Shown: positions 40,580-51,487 of the stretch, piece by piece
Layout: the number at the start of each line of letters is the position of its first letter
Numbering within the stretch: the stretch's first letter is position 1
Origin: Anaerolineae bacterium
GTDB lineage: Bacteria > Chloroflexota > Anaerolineae > Aggregatilineales > Ch27
NCBI GenBank assembly: GCA_013178165.1
Contig: JABLXG010000022.1
Span: 13,923-77,922, forward strand
Length of the DNA stretch: 64,000 nt
Direction of reading: 5' to 3'
Notes under the pieces: generated by a model
Databases searched by the model: none
Told to the model about the DNA's origin: nothing
Seen by the model: only the letters and a program-made list of their open reading frames with translations
Program-made: the position numbers and the translations under genes

Positions 40580-43174
40580 GTGATGACGCGATCAGTGTGG
40601 CGATTGGTGACTGGCGTAGTACTGGCTCTGGTGTTGGCGAGGCCAGCTGATGTGGCCCGGATGTGGCCGCAGTTGCAGGATCGCCTGCCGTTGCGCTATG
40701 GCGATTCGGTGACAGGCACCATTTCCCATGCCCGGTTCTTTCAGCAGTACAGCTTCAATGGCGCAGCAGGGGATCGGGTGGTGATCACGATGGAAGCGTT
40801 GTCAGGCAACCTGGATCCACTCCTGTTACTGGGGGATGCGGCTCTCAATCTGATCGCTGAGGACGATGATAGCGGCGGTGGGTTCAATGCCCGGCTGGAG
40901 GTTACGCTGCCGGCAGATGGCGTATACATCGTGGAGGCCACGCGCTACGGTCAGGATTCCGAGGCAGGACAGAGCACGGGAGATTTTCGTCTGACTCTGC
41001 TGGTCAACCAGGGACGCGGCAGAACGCAGGATCAACCGGCGGGGATATTTGCACCACTGACGTTTGGCAACACTTCTCGGGGCCTGCTCAGCCAGACTGA
41101 CCGCTTCCGCCTGTTCTGGTTCTATGCTCAGGGCGGCGATCGGGTTGCGGTCCGCAATGTCCTGAGCGCAGGGATGAAGGCAACACTGGTGCTCTACGAT
41201 CCGGCCTTTGTTGAACTGCAGCGTGATCCTGCCGGGCAGGTTGTGGAGGAAGACCTGGCGGTTACGGGCATCTATTTCGTCGGTCTGGCGCTGGCGGCGG
41301 ATTCCCCGGCTGGTACTTACGCCGTACGGCTCAGCGGCAGCGCCGGCGACGTAACGGGTGATGATGCGCTGCCGCTGGCGTATGGCGATGCGATGCAGGG
41401 CAGTCTGGATGATGACCATCCTGCTGACCGGTACAATTTCCAGGGGCGCACAAACGATCAGGTGATCATCCGTATGCAGGCTACCGGGCGAGGGCTTGAC
41501 CCATTTCTGTATCTGTACGGTCCTGAGGGAGAGATCGTCGGCCAGGATGATGACGGGGCGGGCGCACCGGATGCCGAGCTGGCTGTGGTGCTGCCTGTTG
41601 ATGGCCAGTACACGGTGGTGGCCAGCCGTTTTGGCGGTACCAATGGCGCCTCCGCAGGGGGATACACGCTCACCCTGGAAGGCAACCAGGTGAATGACGG
41701 CACTACCGAGGGGAGGAACGCTGGCGAGGCTTTGCCCGCGGATTTCCAGAGCCTGCCGCGGGTGCGCTATGGTGATGTGATCACCGATCGCCTTGACAAC
41801 ATGGTGCCCTACCGGGCCTATGTTTTCCAGGCGCGGGCTGGTGATACCGTCGAGATCACGATGCAAACGACGCAGGGGGACCTGGACCCTGCGCTGCGCC
41901 TGCTTAATGGTCGGCTTGAAACCCTTGCTGAACATGATGACATCAGCGCCGCCAATAAGAATGCCCGGCTTACCCAGACCATCCCTGCTGACGGCTACTA
42001 CGCTATTCTGGCAAGCCGCTATAACGGCGAAGCCGGGACAACCAGTGGCGGATTCCGGCTGGCCATCACTGCGCCAGGCATGCTTTCACAAAGTCAGATC
42101 GCCACTCTGTTGCCCGCGCAGACACTGTATGAAGGCGAGACGCTGAACGGCCAACTGGCTGACGTACCCGGCACACTGTACCGGTTTTTCGCCGCGGCTG
42201 GTGACACGGTTGAGTTGACCCTGGAAACCAGCGGTCCCTTGCAGGAGGAGGGACTGATCATCCTGGCTGATCCAGCCTTGCGGGAACTGGCTGTCAGCGC
42301 CAGCGGAAGCCTGCGCTACACGATTCCGCAGGACGGTATGTATACCGTGATCGTGTCTCGTCTGGGCGGGCCTCTGGGTACAGCGCGAGGCTTTTTCCGC
42401 CTGTCACTGGCGGGAGCAGACCCGACTGCCGCTGAGCGATTGGGGGGCGGCTCAGAGCCGCAGTATCAGCCGGGAGATATCGTCCCCTACGGGGTGGTGC
42501 TGATCGGTGCAATCGATAGTACAACACCGCGCCAGACCTACCGATTTCTGGGGCAACAGGGGGATCGGATTTCGATCACACTGGAGGCGCTTGACGCGAC
42601 GCTCGATCCGTTGCTCATTTTGCTGGGGCCGGATGGTACGCCGGTCATGCGGGATAACGACAGCGCGGGTAACCTGAACGCTCTGATCGGCCCGTACCTC
42701 CTGACACAGGGTGGTGAGTACACTATCGTGGCTACCCGCGCCGGCGAGGGCAGCGGCACTTCCCGCGGGCGCTACGAATTGACGTTGAACGGCATCCCGG
42801 TAACCCAGCCAGAGATACGAGAGGGTCAGACGGGAGCTGACCTGGCTACAGCGTTGCCGCTGGCGCCTGGCCAGACGGTCAGCGGTAGCATCAGCGACTC
42901 GCAGGTGGCAGTGTTCTATGCGCTCGATGGGGTGGCTGGGACTACTATCCAGGTGGATATGGTGCGTCTGGAGGGTGACCTGGATGCTTTCCTGGCGGTG
43001 CTTGACCCGGCGCAGACGCTCGTGGCCTTTGATGATGATAGTGCTGGAAGGCAGAACGCGCGCGTAATCTATACCTTCCCGCTGGATGGTCGTTACTATG
43101 TGGTTGCCAGCCGGTATGGCCTTCTTGAAGGGACAACCAGCGGTGAGTATCTGCTCAGCGTTGTGGCGCGCTAG
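40580..43174 (+). CDS. Secreted protein made of seven PPC (pre-peptidase C-terminal)-like repeats
   Basis: Signal peptide, then seven ~100-aa repeats (LxYGxxxxG...GD.V.I.M....LDP.L.L.....DDDS...NA....P.DG.Y.V.A.R....G.Y.L.L). No catalytic domain. Confidence 0.85.
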   Translation: MMTRSVWRLVTGVVLALVLARPADVARMWPQLQDRLPLRYGDSVTGTISHARFFQQYSFNGAAGDRVVITMEALSGNLDPLLLLGDAALNLIAEDDDSGGGFNARLEVTLPADGVYIVEATRYGQDSEAGQSTGDFRLTLLVNQGRGRTQDQPAGIFAPLTFGNTSRGLLSQTDRFRLFWFYAQGGDRVAVRNVLSAGMKATLVLYDPAFVELQRDPAGQVVEEDLAVTGIYFVGLALAADSPAGTYAVRLSGSAGDVTGDDALPLAYGDAMQGSLDDDHPADRYNFQGRTNDQVIIRMQATGRGLDPFLYLYGPEGEIVGQDDDGAGAPDAELAVVLPVDGQYTVVASRFGGTNGASAGGYTLTLEGNQVNDGTTEGRNAGEALPADFQSLPRVRYGDVITDRLDNMVPYRAYVFQARAGDTVEITMQTTQGDLDPALRLLNGRLETLAEHDDISAANKNARLTQTIPADGYYAILASRYNGEAGTTSGGFRLAITAPGMLSQSQIATLLPAQTLYEGETLNGQLADVPGTLYRFFAAAGDTVELTLETSGPLQEEGLIILADPALRELAVSASGSLRYTIPQDGMYTVIVSRLGGPLGTARGFFRLSLAGADPTAAERLGGGSEPQYQPGDIVPYGVVLIGAIDSTTPRQTYRFLGQQGDRISITLEALDATLDPLLILLGPDGTPVMRDNDSAGNLNALIGPYLLTQGGEYTIVATRAGEGSGTSRGRYELTLNGIPVTQPEIREGQTGADLATALPLAPGQTVSGSISDSQVAVFYALDGVAGTTIQVDMVRLEGDLDAFLAVLDPAQTLVAFDDDSAGRQNARVIYTFPLDGRYYVVASRYGLLEGTTSGEYLLSVVAR

Positions 43175-44672
43175 TGCTGCTGGCTGGCTCAGACGAGCCG
43201 GGCGGTGGGCGCTGACACTGGGTCTGGTGGCGCTATGGTGCTGTGGTTGGCCGGGCCAGGTCACTCCTGTGAACGGGCAGGAAGGCCGCCAGATCCTGTA
43301 CGGCGAAGCGATTGAGGGGCGGATCACGCAGGCGGAGCCGCGCCAGGTGTACTACTTTCAAGCCCGGCGTGGCGATGTGATCTCCCTGGCGCTGACGCGG
43401 CTAGACGGCAACCTGGACCCGGTGTTGTTGTTGGCGGCCAACACGGGCAAGATCATGGCCGTCTCCGACGATGCCGATAGCGCCCTGAGCGCACGAATCG
43501 ACACCATTCAGATTCCAGAGGACAACTACTACTTTGTAGTAGCCACGCGTTTCGGGCAAGGTCTGGGCGTTACAGAAGGCCGCTTCCGGCTGGAACTGCA
43601 GCGGGTGGGTGTTTCATCCCGGGCAGGGGTGTTCCTCAGCTATGGCGATTCTGTTGTTGGCTCGGTGGATGAGGCAAACCCGCGGGTAACCTATGTCTTT
43701 GAGGCTAGGCGCGGCGACATCATCAATGTGACTATGCGCCGGATCGCCGGAAACCTGGACGCCCGCGTGTCGATAGTGGGGCCGGATGGCACGCTGCTGG
43801 CTGTCAACGATGATCAGGATGCTTCCCTTGATGCGGCGATCACCAACCTGCTGATCCTGGAGCCGGGCTTCTATACCATTGTCGCTACCCGTTTTGGCGA
43901 AGAAGCCGGGCGTAGCACGGGAAGCTATGTGCTCAGCCTAGATACGGCACCGACGAGCGGCCAGGGTGCGACGCTCGAATCGGCGCTCCTTCTGCGGTAC
44001 GGCGACGAGGTCAGAGGGCTGATCGATCGCGACTACCCGGTGCGTTACTACAGCTTTGGCGCGATGCGGGGCGATGTGGTCACGGTCGCTATGAACCGCG
44101 CCAGCCGTGATCTCGATCCGCTGGTAGCGATCTTGGATGCTACGGGCAACGTTCTGGCGGAGGACGACGACTCTGGTCCCAGCAACAACGCTCTGATCCA
44201 GTCCTATATCATCCCGGCGACAGGCCGATACTACGTCCAGGCGACCCGCTTTGACCGTGCTCAGGGGACGACCACCGGTGACTACATCCTGCGACTGGAT
44301 GGGGTGACCGGGGAAGCGCCCATTGTCGCGCCCGGCACATTGACGATTCTGCCCGGGAGCACCGTGACCGGCACCATCAGCAACGAAAACAGCGCCATGA
44401 CTTATGCTTTCCTGGGCCGGGCGGGGGATGTGGTGACGATTGAAATGACAGCGGCGGATGGCGACCTGGATCCGCTGCTGGTACTGTTCTCAGCGGAGAG
44501 TGTCCAACTGGCGCTGGACGACGATTCCGGGCCGGGCAAGAATGCCCGCATCGCCGCCTACAGTATCCCGGCTGATGGGACGTACTACATTGTCGCAACG
44601 CGGTTTGAGTTCCAGAACGGCCGGACGACAGGCAACTACCGGTTAAGCCTGAGCCGCGATTCCAGCCAGTGA
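43086..44672 (+). CDS. Secreted protein made of four PPC-like repeats (likely start TTG 43161)
   Basis: Signal-peptide-like segment, then four repeats of the same type as the upstream gene. Confidence 0.85.
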   Translation: MVVTMWLPAGMAFLKGQPAVSICSALWRASAAGWLRRAGRWALTLGLVALWCCGWPGQVTPVNGQEGRQILYGEAIEGRITQAEPRQVYYFQARRGDVISLALTRLDGNLDPVLLLAANTGKIMAVSDDADSALSARIDTIQIPEDNYYFVVATRFGQGLGVTEGRFRLELQRVGVSSRAGVFLSYGDSVVGSVDEANPRVTYVFEARRGDIINVTMRRIAGNLDARVSIVGPDGTLLAVNDDQDASLDAAITNLLILEPGFYTIVATRFGEEAGRSTGSYVLSLDTAPTSGQGATLESALLLRYGDEVRGLIDRDYPVRYYSFGAMRGDVVTVAMNRASRDLDPLVAILDATGNVLAEDDDSGPSNNALIQSYIIPATGRYYVQATRFDRAQGTTTGDYILRLDGVTGEAPIVAPGTLTILPGSTVTGTISNENSAMTYAFLGRAGDVVTIEMTAADGDLDPLLVLFSAESVQLALDDDSGPGKNARIAAYSIPADGTYYIVATRFEFQNGRTTGNYRLSLSRDSSQ

Positions 44673-44764
44673 CGATTGATGCAATGTCTCCCGGCTGCTA
44701 CAATGGCCTGCCGGATTACGCCGGGCTGAGCGGCCCGGGTTCACCACAACGAGCACACGGCAAA

Positions 44765-45247
44765 ATGGGCAAAGTACTTTCACTTGAGGAAGCAATAGCC
44801 TGGCGGGAAGCGCTGGCGGTCAGCGGGAAGAAGCTGGTCTTCAGCAATGGTCATTTCGACCTTTTCCATGTTGGCCATCTGGACTACCTGGAAAAGGCGC
44901 GTGCGCTGGGGGATGCACTGTTTATCGGCGTGAACGATGACGACTCCACGCGGCGGCTTAAGGGGCCGGGCCGTCCCCTGATTCCCGCGGAAGAGCGGGC
45001 GCGGCTGCTGGCAGCGCTGGTGGTGGTTGATGCGGTGATCATCTTCTCTAGCGATACGGCTGATGGCCTGATCCGCCAGCTACGCCCGGACATTTATGCC
45101 AAGGGCGGTGATTATGAACACAAGGTGCTGCCTGAGCGGACCACTGTCGAAGCATTGGGTGGGCAGGTGGTCTTGATCCCGTTTCTGCCCGGCCACAGCA
45201 CCTCAGATTTGATTGCGCGGATCAAGGCCCTGGCGGAGGGCGAATGA
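44765..45247 (+). CDS. Cytidyltransferase-like nucleotidyltransferase (RfaE/HldE domain II, ADP-heptose synthase type)
   Basis: NGHFDLFHVGH (HxGH), GVNDDDSTRRLKGPGRP, YAKGGDY, GHSTSDLI. ATG at 44765 (an upstream GTG at 44669 is possible). Confidence 0.88.
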   Translation: MGKVLSLEEAIAWREALAVSGKKLVFSNGHFDLFHVGHLDYLEKARALGDALFIGVNDDDSTRRLKGPGRPLIPAEERARLLAALVVVDAVIIFSSDTADGLIRQLRPDIYAKGGDYEHKVLPERTTVEALGGQVVLIPFLPGHSTSDLIARIKALAEGE

Positions 45248-46890
45248 CCTCCGGGACGAATCCTGGCGCTGAATCCTCTCCCTCGCTTCAGGCCGTACCG
45301 TTGATGTCTGCTGAACTGCAGGCTAGGGATGACGCTGGTGTGGCCAGGGCAACTGGCATCAACGCTCTGGGGAACATTGCCAGTCGGGTGCTGGGGCTTG
45401 GGCGCGAGATGTTGCTCAGCAACTTGTTTGGCGCCGGGGTGGCAGTTGACGCTTTCAACATCGCGCTGATCGTGCCCCGCACCCTGTATGACCTCCTTAT
45501 CGGAGGACACGTCAACAGCGCCCTGGTGCCGGTGCTCAGCGAATATGCCATGCAGCAGGATCGGTCGGCGTTGTGGCGGCTGGTGAACCTGCTGCTGGGT
45601 CTAGTGGTAGTTGCGCTGGCCGTCCTTGTCCTGATGCTGGAACTGCTTGCGCCGCAGATTGTCGGCCTGATCGCCGGGGAAGCGGTGCCGCAGGTGCGGG
45701 AACTGGCGACGGTGCTCCTGCGGATCACCATGCCCGCCCTGCTGTTCCTCGGTGTATTTGCCCTGCTGAGTGGTCTGTTGTACGCACTGCGGCGTTTTGC
45801 GCTGCCCGCCTTTGCCGGGGCTGTGTTCAATGGCACGATTGTGTTTGTGGCGGTCATCGCTGCGCCCCGGCTGGGTATTCAGGCGATGGCGCTGGGCTGG
45901 CTGATCGGCGCGGCGGTGCAGATGGGCGCGCAATGCTGGGGGCTGCGCGGCGCGCAGCTGCGACTGGTGTTGCGCGGCGCGTGGCAGGAACCTGGCCTGC
46001 GACGCATTCTGGTGCTCTATGTGCCGGTGCTGGCCTCGCTGGTGATCGACACGCTGGTGATCCGCCTGGTGAGCTACCGTCTGGCAGCACAGGTCGGCCC
46101 GGCGAGTATCAGTTATATGAATTTTGCCACGACACTGGTGCAGTTCCCGCACGGGCTGGTCGCAACGGCGATCAGCATCGCCATCTTGCCAACACTCTCC
46201 CGGCAGGCGGTATTGCTGCATTCGGATGACGGGTTGCGCACCTATCAAGACACCCTGAGTCGCGGTTTGCGCCTGGCCGCGGCGTTGATTATCCCGGCAT
46301 CGGTCGGCTTATTTGTGTTGGCGGCGCCGATTGTGCGGTTGATTTTTGAGCACGGCTCCTTCACAGCGGTCGATACCGCTCATACGGTCCTGGCCCTGCA
46401 ACTCTACCTGATCGGGCTGCCGTTCGCTGCAGTGGATTTGCTGCTGGTTTTTGCCTTCTATTCGCAGCAGGATACTCTGACACCGGCCATTATTGGCGTG
46501 ATCAGCCTGGCGGCCTATATGGCTGTGGCGCTGGGCCTGATGGATCGCTACGGCCTGTTCAGCCTGATGATTGCTGACTCGGTCAAACATATCCTGCACG
46601 CCAGCATCTCCGCGTGGTTGCTGCGCCGGCGGATTGGCGGCCGCTACCGGAACGGTCTGGCGACTACCGTGCTGAAAACCGCCCTGGCCTCGGCGGTGAT
46701 GGGGCTGGTGGCCGCCGAAGCCAACCGGTTGCTGACCGATCTGGTCCCTGCAGGGTTGCCGGGAGAGATTCTGCTGGTACTTGGCGCAGCGGCAGCCGGC
46801 GGCGCTATGTTCATGGTGCTGGCGCTGGCGCTGCACATCGGGGAGTTGACCTGGCTGCTGGGCCTTTTGAAGGCGCGGCTGGTACGGTAG
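45244..46890 (+). CDS. murJ: MurJ/MviN family lipid-linked glycan flippase
   Basis: [48 protein letters not shown]. The ATG overlaps the upstream stop. Confidence 0.9.
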   Translation: MTSGTNPGAESSPSLQAVPLMSAELQARDDAGVARATGINALGNIASRVLGLGREMLLSNLFGAGVAVDAFNIALIVPRTLYDLLIGGHVNSALVPVLSEYAMQQDRSALWRLVNLLLGLVVVALAVLVLMLELLAPQIVGLIAGEAVPQVRELATVLLRITMPALLFLGVFALLSGLLYALRRFALPAFAGAVFNGTIVFVAVIAAPRLGIQAMALGWLIGAAVQMGAQCWGLRGAQLRLVLRGAWQEPGLRRILVLYVPVLASLVIDTLVIRLVSYRLAAQVGPASISYMNFATTLVQFPHGLVATAISIAILPTLSRQAVLLHSDDGLRTYQDTLSRGLRLAAALIIPASVGLFVLAAPIVRLIFEHGSFTAVDTAHTVLALQLYLIGLPFAAVDLLLVFAFYSQQDTLTPAIIGVISLAAYMAVALGLMDRYGLFSLMIADSVKHILHASISAWLLRRRIGGRYRNGLATTVLKTALASAVMGLVAAEANRLLTDLVPAGLPGEILLVLGAAAAGGAMFMVLALALHIGELTWLLGLLKARLVR

Positions 46891-47029
46891 CGCTGTCTTC
46901 AGGCTTGTTGCACAATTTCAGCGGTGTTATGCGACCGTTTGGCTCCGATCCGCATCCTACTGTGCAGCGCCGGTGGGGTATAATGCGTCCCGGTTCATGC
47001 CTGACACTTTAGCGAGGAGACACTCCAAG

Positions 47030-48277
47030 ATGCCATTTCAGAAGATCGTACCGCCTGCGGCCGGTGAGAAGATCACGGTAAAGGATGGTAAGCTGCACAT
47101 TCCGGATCAGCCGATCATCGCGTTTATCGAAGGTGATGGCATCGGTTATGACATTATGACCGCATCCAAGCGGATCTGGGATGCGGCTGTGGAGAAGGCT
47201 TACGGCGGCCAGCGCAAGATCCACTGGATGGAGATCTACGCTGGGGAGAAGGCAGCGCGTATCTATGACGGTGACTATATGCCTGAGGAGACGTTTGAGG
47301 CGCTGCGGCAGTATCACATTGGCATCAAGGGGCCGCTTACGACGCCGGTTGGCGGTGGCTTCCGTAGCCTGAACGTTACATTGCGGCAGGTATTGGACCT
47401 GTATGCGTGTGTCCGTCCGGTGCGCTGGTACCGCGGGGTACCAAGCCCGCTGCGGGAGCCAGAGAAGACAAATGTCGTCATCTTCCGCGAGAACACAGAA
47501 GATGTCTACGCCGGAATTGAGTTTGAGTCCGGCACGCCGGAGAATGAGAAGCTGGCCGCTTTCTTGCGCCGGGAGTTCGGTGCACAGTTTTTCGAAGGCG
47601 CCGGGCTGGGGATCAAGCCGATCAGCCCGTTTGCCAGCAAGCGGTTGGTTCGGCAGGCGATCCGCTATGCGCTGGAGCGCGGACGGAGGTCCGTCACGCT
47701 GGTACACAAGGGAAACATCCAGAAGTATACGGAAGGGGCGTTCCGCAAGTGGGGGTACGAGGTTGCTGCCGAGGAGTTCGGCGACGTGACCATCACCGAG
47801 GATGAGCTGTGGGAGAAGTACAACGGCAAGCAGCCCGATGGCAAGATCGTGATCAAAGATCGCATTGCTGATATCATCTTCCAGCATTTGCTTCTGCGTC
47901 CGGACGAATTTGATGTCATCGCGACGATGAATCTCAACGGCGACTACCTCAGTGATGCGGCGGCGGCGCATGTTGGCGGTGTGGGAATCGCGCCCGGCGC
48001 GAACATCGGGGATGAAATCGCGGTGTTTGAGGCAACCCACGGGACGGCCCCCAAATACACGAATCTCAACAAAGTCAATCCGGGATCGCTGCTGTTCTCC
48101 GGTGTGATGATGCTGGAATACATGAACTGGTGGGAAGCGGCAAACTTGATCAACCTGGCATATGAGAAAACGATTGAGCAGAAGATCGTCACGTATGACT
48201 TCGCCCGTCAGATGGAAGGCGCAACTGAAGTTGGGACGAGCGAGTTTGCCACTGTCGTGATCGCCAATATGGGCTGA
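47030..48277 (+). CDS. icd: NADP-dependent isocitrate dehydrogenase
   Basis: [66 protein letters not shown]. Confidence 0.97.
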   Translation: MPFQKIVPPAAGEKITVKDGKLHIPDQPIIAFIEGDGIGYDIMTASKRIWDAAVEKAYGGQRKIHWMEIYAGEKAARIYDGDYMPEETFEALRQYHIGIKGPLTTPVGGGFRSLNVTLRQVLDLYACVRPVRWYRGVPSPLREPEKTNVVIFRENTEDVYAGIEFESGTPENEKLAAFLRREFGAQFFEGAGLGIKPISPFASKRLVRQAIRYALERGRRSVTLVHKGNIQKYTEGAFRKWGYEVAAEEFGDVTITEDELWEKYNGKQPDGKIVIKDRIADIIFQHLLLRPDEFDVIATMNLNGDYLSDAAAAHVGGVGIAPGANIGDEIAVFEATHGTAPKYTNLNKVNPGSLLFSGVMMLEYMNWWEAANLINLAYEKTIEQKIVTYDFARQMEGATEVGTSEFATVVIANMG

Positions 48278-48486
48278 GGCGCTCCTGCAGAGCATGGCAC
48301 TTAGCATTGGGGGCCGGGGCGTGATGTCCCGGCCCGATTGATCTCCAACAGGGCGAAAGCCGCGAGGGTTGGGTGGAAAACGGTCCTGTATTTCTTAGAT
48401 GGGAATCACCGCGCTATCAGGGTAGCCTTAACTCACCGTGAGACGCTGTATCATCGCCCGGTATCAGCAACGGGTTCTGTATTGAG

Positions 48487-50508
48487 GTGCGCACTATGGG
48501 CCGCTACTCGCTTGCTGTCATTCTGCTGTTCGCCTTTGTTCTGGCGCTACTCACATCGCCAGCAGTAGGACAGGGTGAACCTGATCGAATACCAGCCCTG
48601 CCTTTCCCTGCCGATGTGGATTGGCTGAATGTGGCCGGTCCGCTGGACTGGGATATGCTGCGCGGCAAGGTGGTTGTGCTGGATTTCTGGACGTACGGGT
48701 GCATCAACTGCATCCATATTTTGCCTGATCTCAAACGGCTTGAGGATGAGTTTTCCGATACGCTGGTGGTGATCGGTGTGCATAGCGCCAAGTTCGAAAA
48801 TGAAAAGGACACTGGGAACATCCGCCAGATCCTGCAGCGGTATGAGATTGCTCATCCGGTGGTCAACGACCGCGATTTTCGCATCTGGAACGCCTGGGGA
48901 ATCCGGGCATGGCCGACGGTCATGCTGATTGATCCGGAAGGCTACGTCGTTGGCTATCACGAAGGAGAAGGTGTGTACAATGTCCTCCAGCCGGTGATCG
49001 CTGACCTGATCGCGACTTTTGACACAGCAGGCAAAATTGCCCGTGCCCCGCTGCCCATGGCGGCTGATGTCGTGGCGCGCCCGGAAAGCGGGCTGGCGTT
49101 TCCGGGTAAGGTGCTGGCGGATGAAGCCGGTAGGCGGTTATTCATTGCCGACTCCAATCACCACCGGATTGTTGTAGTTGCTCTGGACACGTACGAAGTG
49201 CTGGCGGTGATTGGGGAGGGTGTGGCCGGTCACGCGGATGGGCGTTACGACTCGGCCCGCTTTGATACCCCGCAGGGGATGGCGCTGGGCGCTGACGGGC
49301 GTATCCTGTATGTCGCTGATACCGGGAATCACATGCTGCGGGCGGTTGATCTGGTTTCGGAGACGGTCACTACGGTGGCGGGCACCGGCCAGCAGGGGCG
49401 GGGGCAGCTGCGCAGCGGTCGCGCTACGTCGGTGGCGCTGAACAGTCCGTGGGATGTGATGCGTGTGGGCGATATCCTGTATGTGGCCATGGCGGGGGCG
49501 CATCAGTTATGGCGCTATGACGTGGTTACGGGAGAGATAGCGGTGCATTCCGGCAGCGGTCGGGAGAACCTGCTTGACGGACCACACGCCGACGCGGCGC
49601 TCGCACAGCCTAGCGGCATCACGGCTGATGGGGCTGTGCTCTACTTTGCCGACAGTGAAGCCAGCGCAGTCCGCGCGGCGGATAGCGATCCTGGCGGCGG
49701 TGTGCGCACTATTGTCGGTACCGGTCTGTTTGACTTTGGTGACCGCGATGGGGTTGGGGGCGCGGCGCTGCTCCAGCATCCACTGGGGGTGGCGTACGGG
49801 GATGGCCTGCTGTATGTGGCGGATACCTATAACAACAAGATCAAGCAGATTGACCCGCTCAGCAGGGAAGTGCGCACTCTGGCCGGGCAGGCGCCAGGCG
49901 GCTACCGGGATGGTCGCGCTGAGGAAGCGCTCTTTGACGAACCGGGTGGGCTTTCCTACGCAGCCGGACGGTTGTATGTGGCGGACACCAACAACCACGC
50001 CATCCGGGTGATCGATCTGGCGACCCGTATGGTGAGCAGCGTGATCTTCGCTAATCCTGAGGCACTGCTGGCCAAACGGTCAGGAACTTCCAGTGTGACT
50101 CCCGTCAGCGGGGATGAGGTAGTTCTGGCAGGGCAGACGATTGCCCCTGGCAATGGCACGCTAACCCTGCGGATTGATCTCCCGGAAGACTACAAGATCA
50201 ATGACCTGGCAACCTCGAGCGTAACCTGGTGGGCCGATGGTACCGTTGCCGTGATCGAAGCGGTGGCGGCCACGCAGACGATCACGGATGCTGCCCGGAC
50301 GATCACCACGCCGGTGGTGTTCGCAGTGGGGGAAACAACACTGACAGCACAGGCAATGATTTTTTACTGCGAGGCGGTCAACGAGACGCTGTGCTTTGTG
50401 GCTCAGCCAAAGATCGTTCTGCCGATCCGTGTTCAACCCGAGAGTACAGAGCACGATCTGACAATCGCGTATGCAGTCCAACCCCCGCTTCCTGGCTGGG
50501 CTGACTGA
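48487..50508 (+). CDS. Thioredoxin-like + NHL-repeat protein (NHLRC2/SOQ1-like), with signal peptide
   Basis: LRGKVVVLDFWTYGCINC, GVHSAKFENEK, FPGKV, IADSNHHRI, repeated NHL blades (YVADTGNH, YFADSEAS, LQHPLGV), C-terminal beta domain. Confidence 0.88.
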   Translation: MRTMGRYSLAVILLFAFVLALLTSPAVGQGEPDRIPALPFPADVDWLNVAGPLDWDMLRGKVVVLDFWTYGCINCIHILPDLKRLEDEFSDTLVVIGVHSAKFENEKDTGNIRQILQRYEIAHPVVNDRDFRIWNAWGIRAWPTVMLIDPEGYVVGYHEGEGVYNVLQPVIADLIATFDTAGKIARAPLPMAADVVARPESGLAFPGKVLADEAGRRLFIADSNHHRIVVVALDTYEVLAVIGEGVAGHADGRYDSARFDTPQGMALGADGRILYVADTGNHMLRAVDLVSETVTTVAGTGQQGRGQLRSGRATSVALNSPWDVMRVGDILYVAMAGAHQLWRYDVVTGEIAVHSGSGRENLLDGPHADAALAQPSGITADGAVLYFADSEASAVRAADSDPGGGVRTIVGTGLFDFGDRDGVGGAALLQHPLGVAYGDGLLYVADTYNNKIKQIDPLSREVRTLAGQAPGGYRDGRAEEALFDEPGGLSYAAGRLYVADTNNHAIRVIDLATRMVSSVIFANPEALLAKRSGTSSVTPVSGDEVVLAGQTIAPGNGTLTLRIDLPEDYKINDLATSSVTWWADGTVAVIEAVAATQTITDAARTITTPVVFAVGETTLTAQAMIFYCEAVNETLCFVAQPKIVLPIRVQPESTEHDLTIAYAVQPPLPGWAD

Positions 50509-50548
50509 AGGCGGAGCGCATTCCTTGCCTGCACGCTCAGCATGCTTG

Positions 50549-51487
50549 TCACAGCGTCAGCCGCCGCAAACCAGCGCGGACGGCACGAGCGCGGGACTGC
50601 TGATCTGCGACTGGCGGGCGGGTGGCTGGGAGACCTACCTGTTCCAGCAGATATGAAGCGGCTACCGCCGCGCTGACGGCTGCTTCAGCCAGATCTGTAG
50701 TGCGGTGCCAGGTGACGGCTAGCGCGCCGCAGAAGGCGTCACCTGCGCCAACCGGGTCAACAACCAGGCCGGCTGGCGCGGGCGGTACGGCAACGCCTTC
50801 CCCCGTATGGAGATCCCAGACCTCAGCGCCGGCTGCACCAAGCCTCAGCGCCAGGATATGACCGCCGAGAGCGTGGGCGCGTTCCAGCAGCGCCTGTTTG
50901 TTGTCGGTGCCAAACAGTGCAACCGCTTCCAGCCAGTTCGGTGAGTAGATGTCACAGGCAGCCAGGATCAACGCCACCTCTTCCTCCGCGGGTGGCTGTT
51001 CCGGGGCTTTGAACGGCTCAATGCTGACCAGCGTACCCCGTTCCCGGAGCGCCTGGCAGGGGGCGAGGTAGGGGGCTTCTGGATGAATACCCCAGTGGAT
51101 AACCTGTACCGCTGGGTAGAAGCGCAGAATGGTGGCAGCGTCGGGATGAGTCTGGCGATCAGAGGTGAACTGATCAACGCGCCAGACGTGTGTCCGGCGG
51201 CCGTCGGCTTCCAGGATTTGCCAGGCGCGTGGCGTCGGTAGATCGGTGACGTGCACCCCCGTCAGGTCGATACCCATTGCCGCAAGCGGGGCGAGGGCCT
51301 CCAGTGGAAAGTCCCGCCCGACTCCGGCAAGCATACCTACCTGGTCGCCCGATTCCGCTGCGAGCGCCATGCCCCAAGCCGCCTGCGCACCACCGCCGCC
51401 CAGGGTACCCATTTGGGTACGGCCATCAGGAAACACAATATCGTCCAGAATGATGCCGGGAGCCAGATAACGGACGCTCATACTCAA
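50549..51487 (-). CDS. PfkB family carbohydrate kinase (candidate pseudouridine kinase)
   Basis: GGGGAQAA N-terminal motif and VDPVGAGDAFCG PfkB signature. Third gene of the psuG operon. Confidence 0.85.
   Translation of the reverse strand: MSMSVRYLAPGIILDDIVFPDGRTQMGTLGGGGAQAAWGMALAAESGDQVGMLAGVGRDFPLEALAPLAAMGIDLTGVHVTDLPTPRAWQILEADGRRTHVWRVDQFTSDRQTHPDAATILRFYPAVQVIHWGIHPEAPYLAPCQALRERGTLVSIEPFKAPEQPPAEEEVALILAACDIYSPNWLEAVALFGTDNKQALLERAHALGGHILALRLGAAGAEVWDLHTGEGVAVPPAPAGLVVDPVGAGDAFCGALAVTWHRTTDLAEAAVSAAVAASYLLEQVGLPATRPPVADQQSRARAVRAGLRRLTL

Noticed and set aside
40580-44672. Repetitive region considered as a CRISPR array or DNA tandem repeat
   Set aside because: The repetition is at the protein-domain level (~300 bp, diverged). 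There are no identical 25-40 bp direct repeats with spacers anywhere in the window.
48346-48392. ACAGG-GCGAAAGC-CGCGAGGG...CCTGT, superficially like a c-di-GMP-I riboswitch
   Set aside because: It lacks the conserved GGCAAAC...GAAA...GACGCAAAGCC core and order. No covariation evidence is available.
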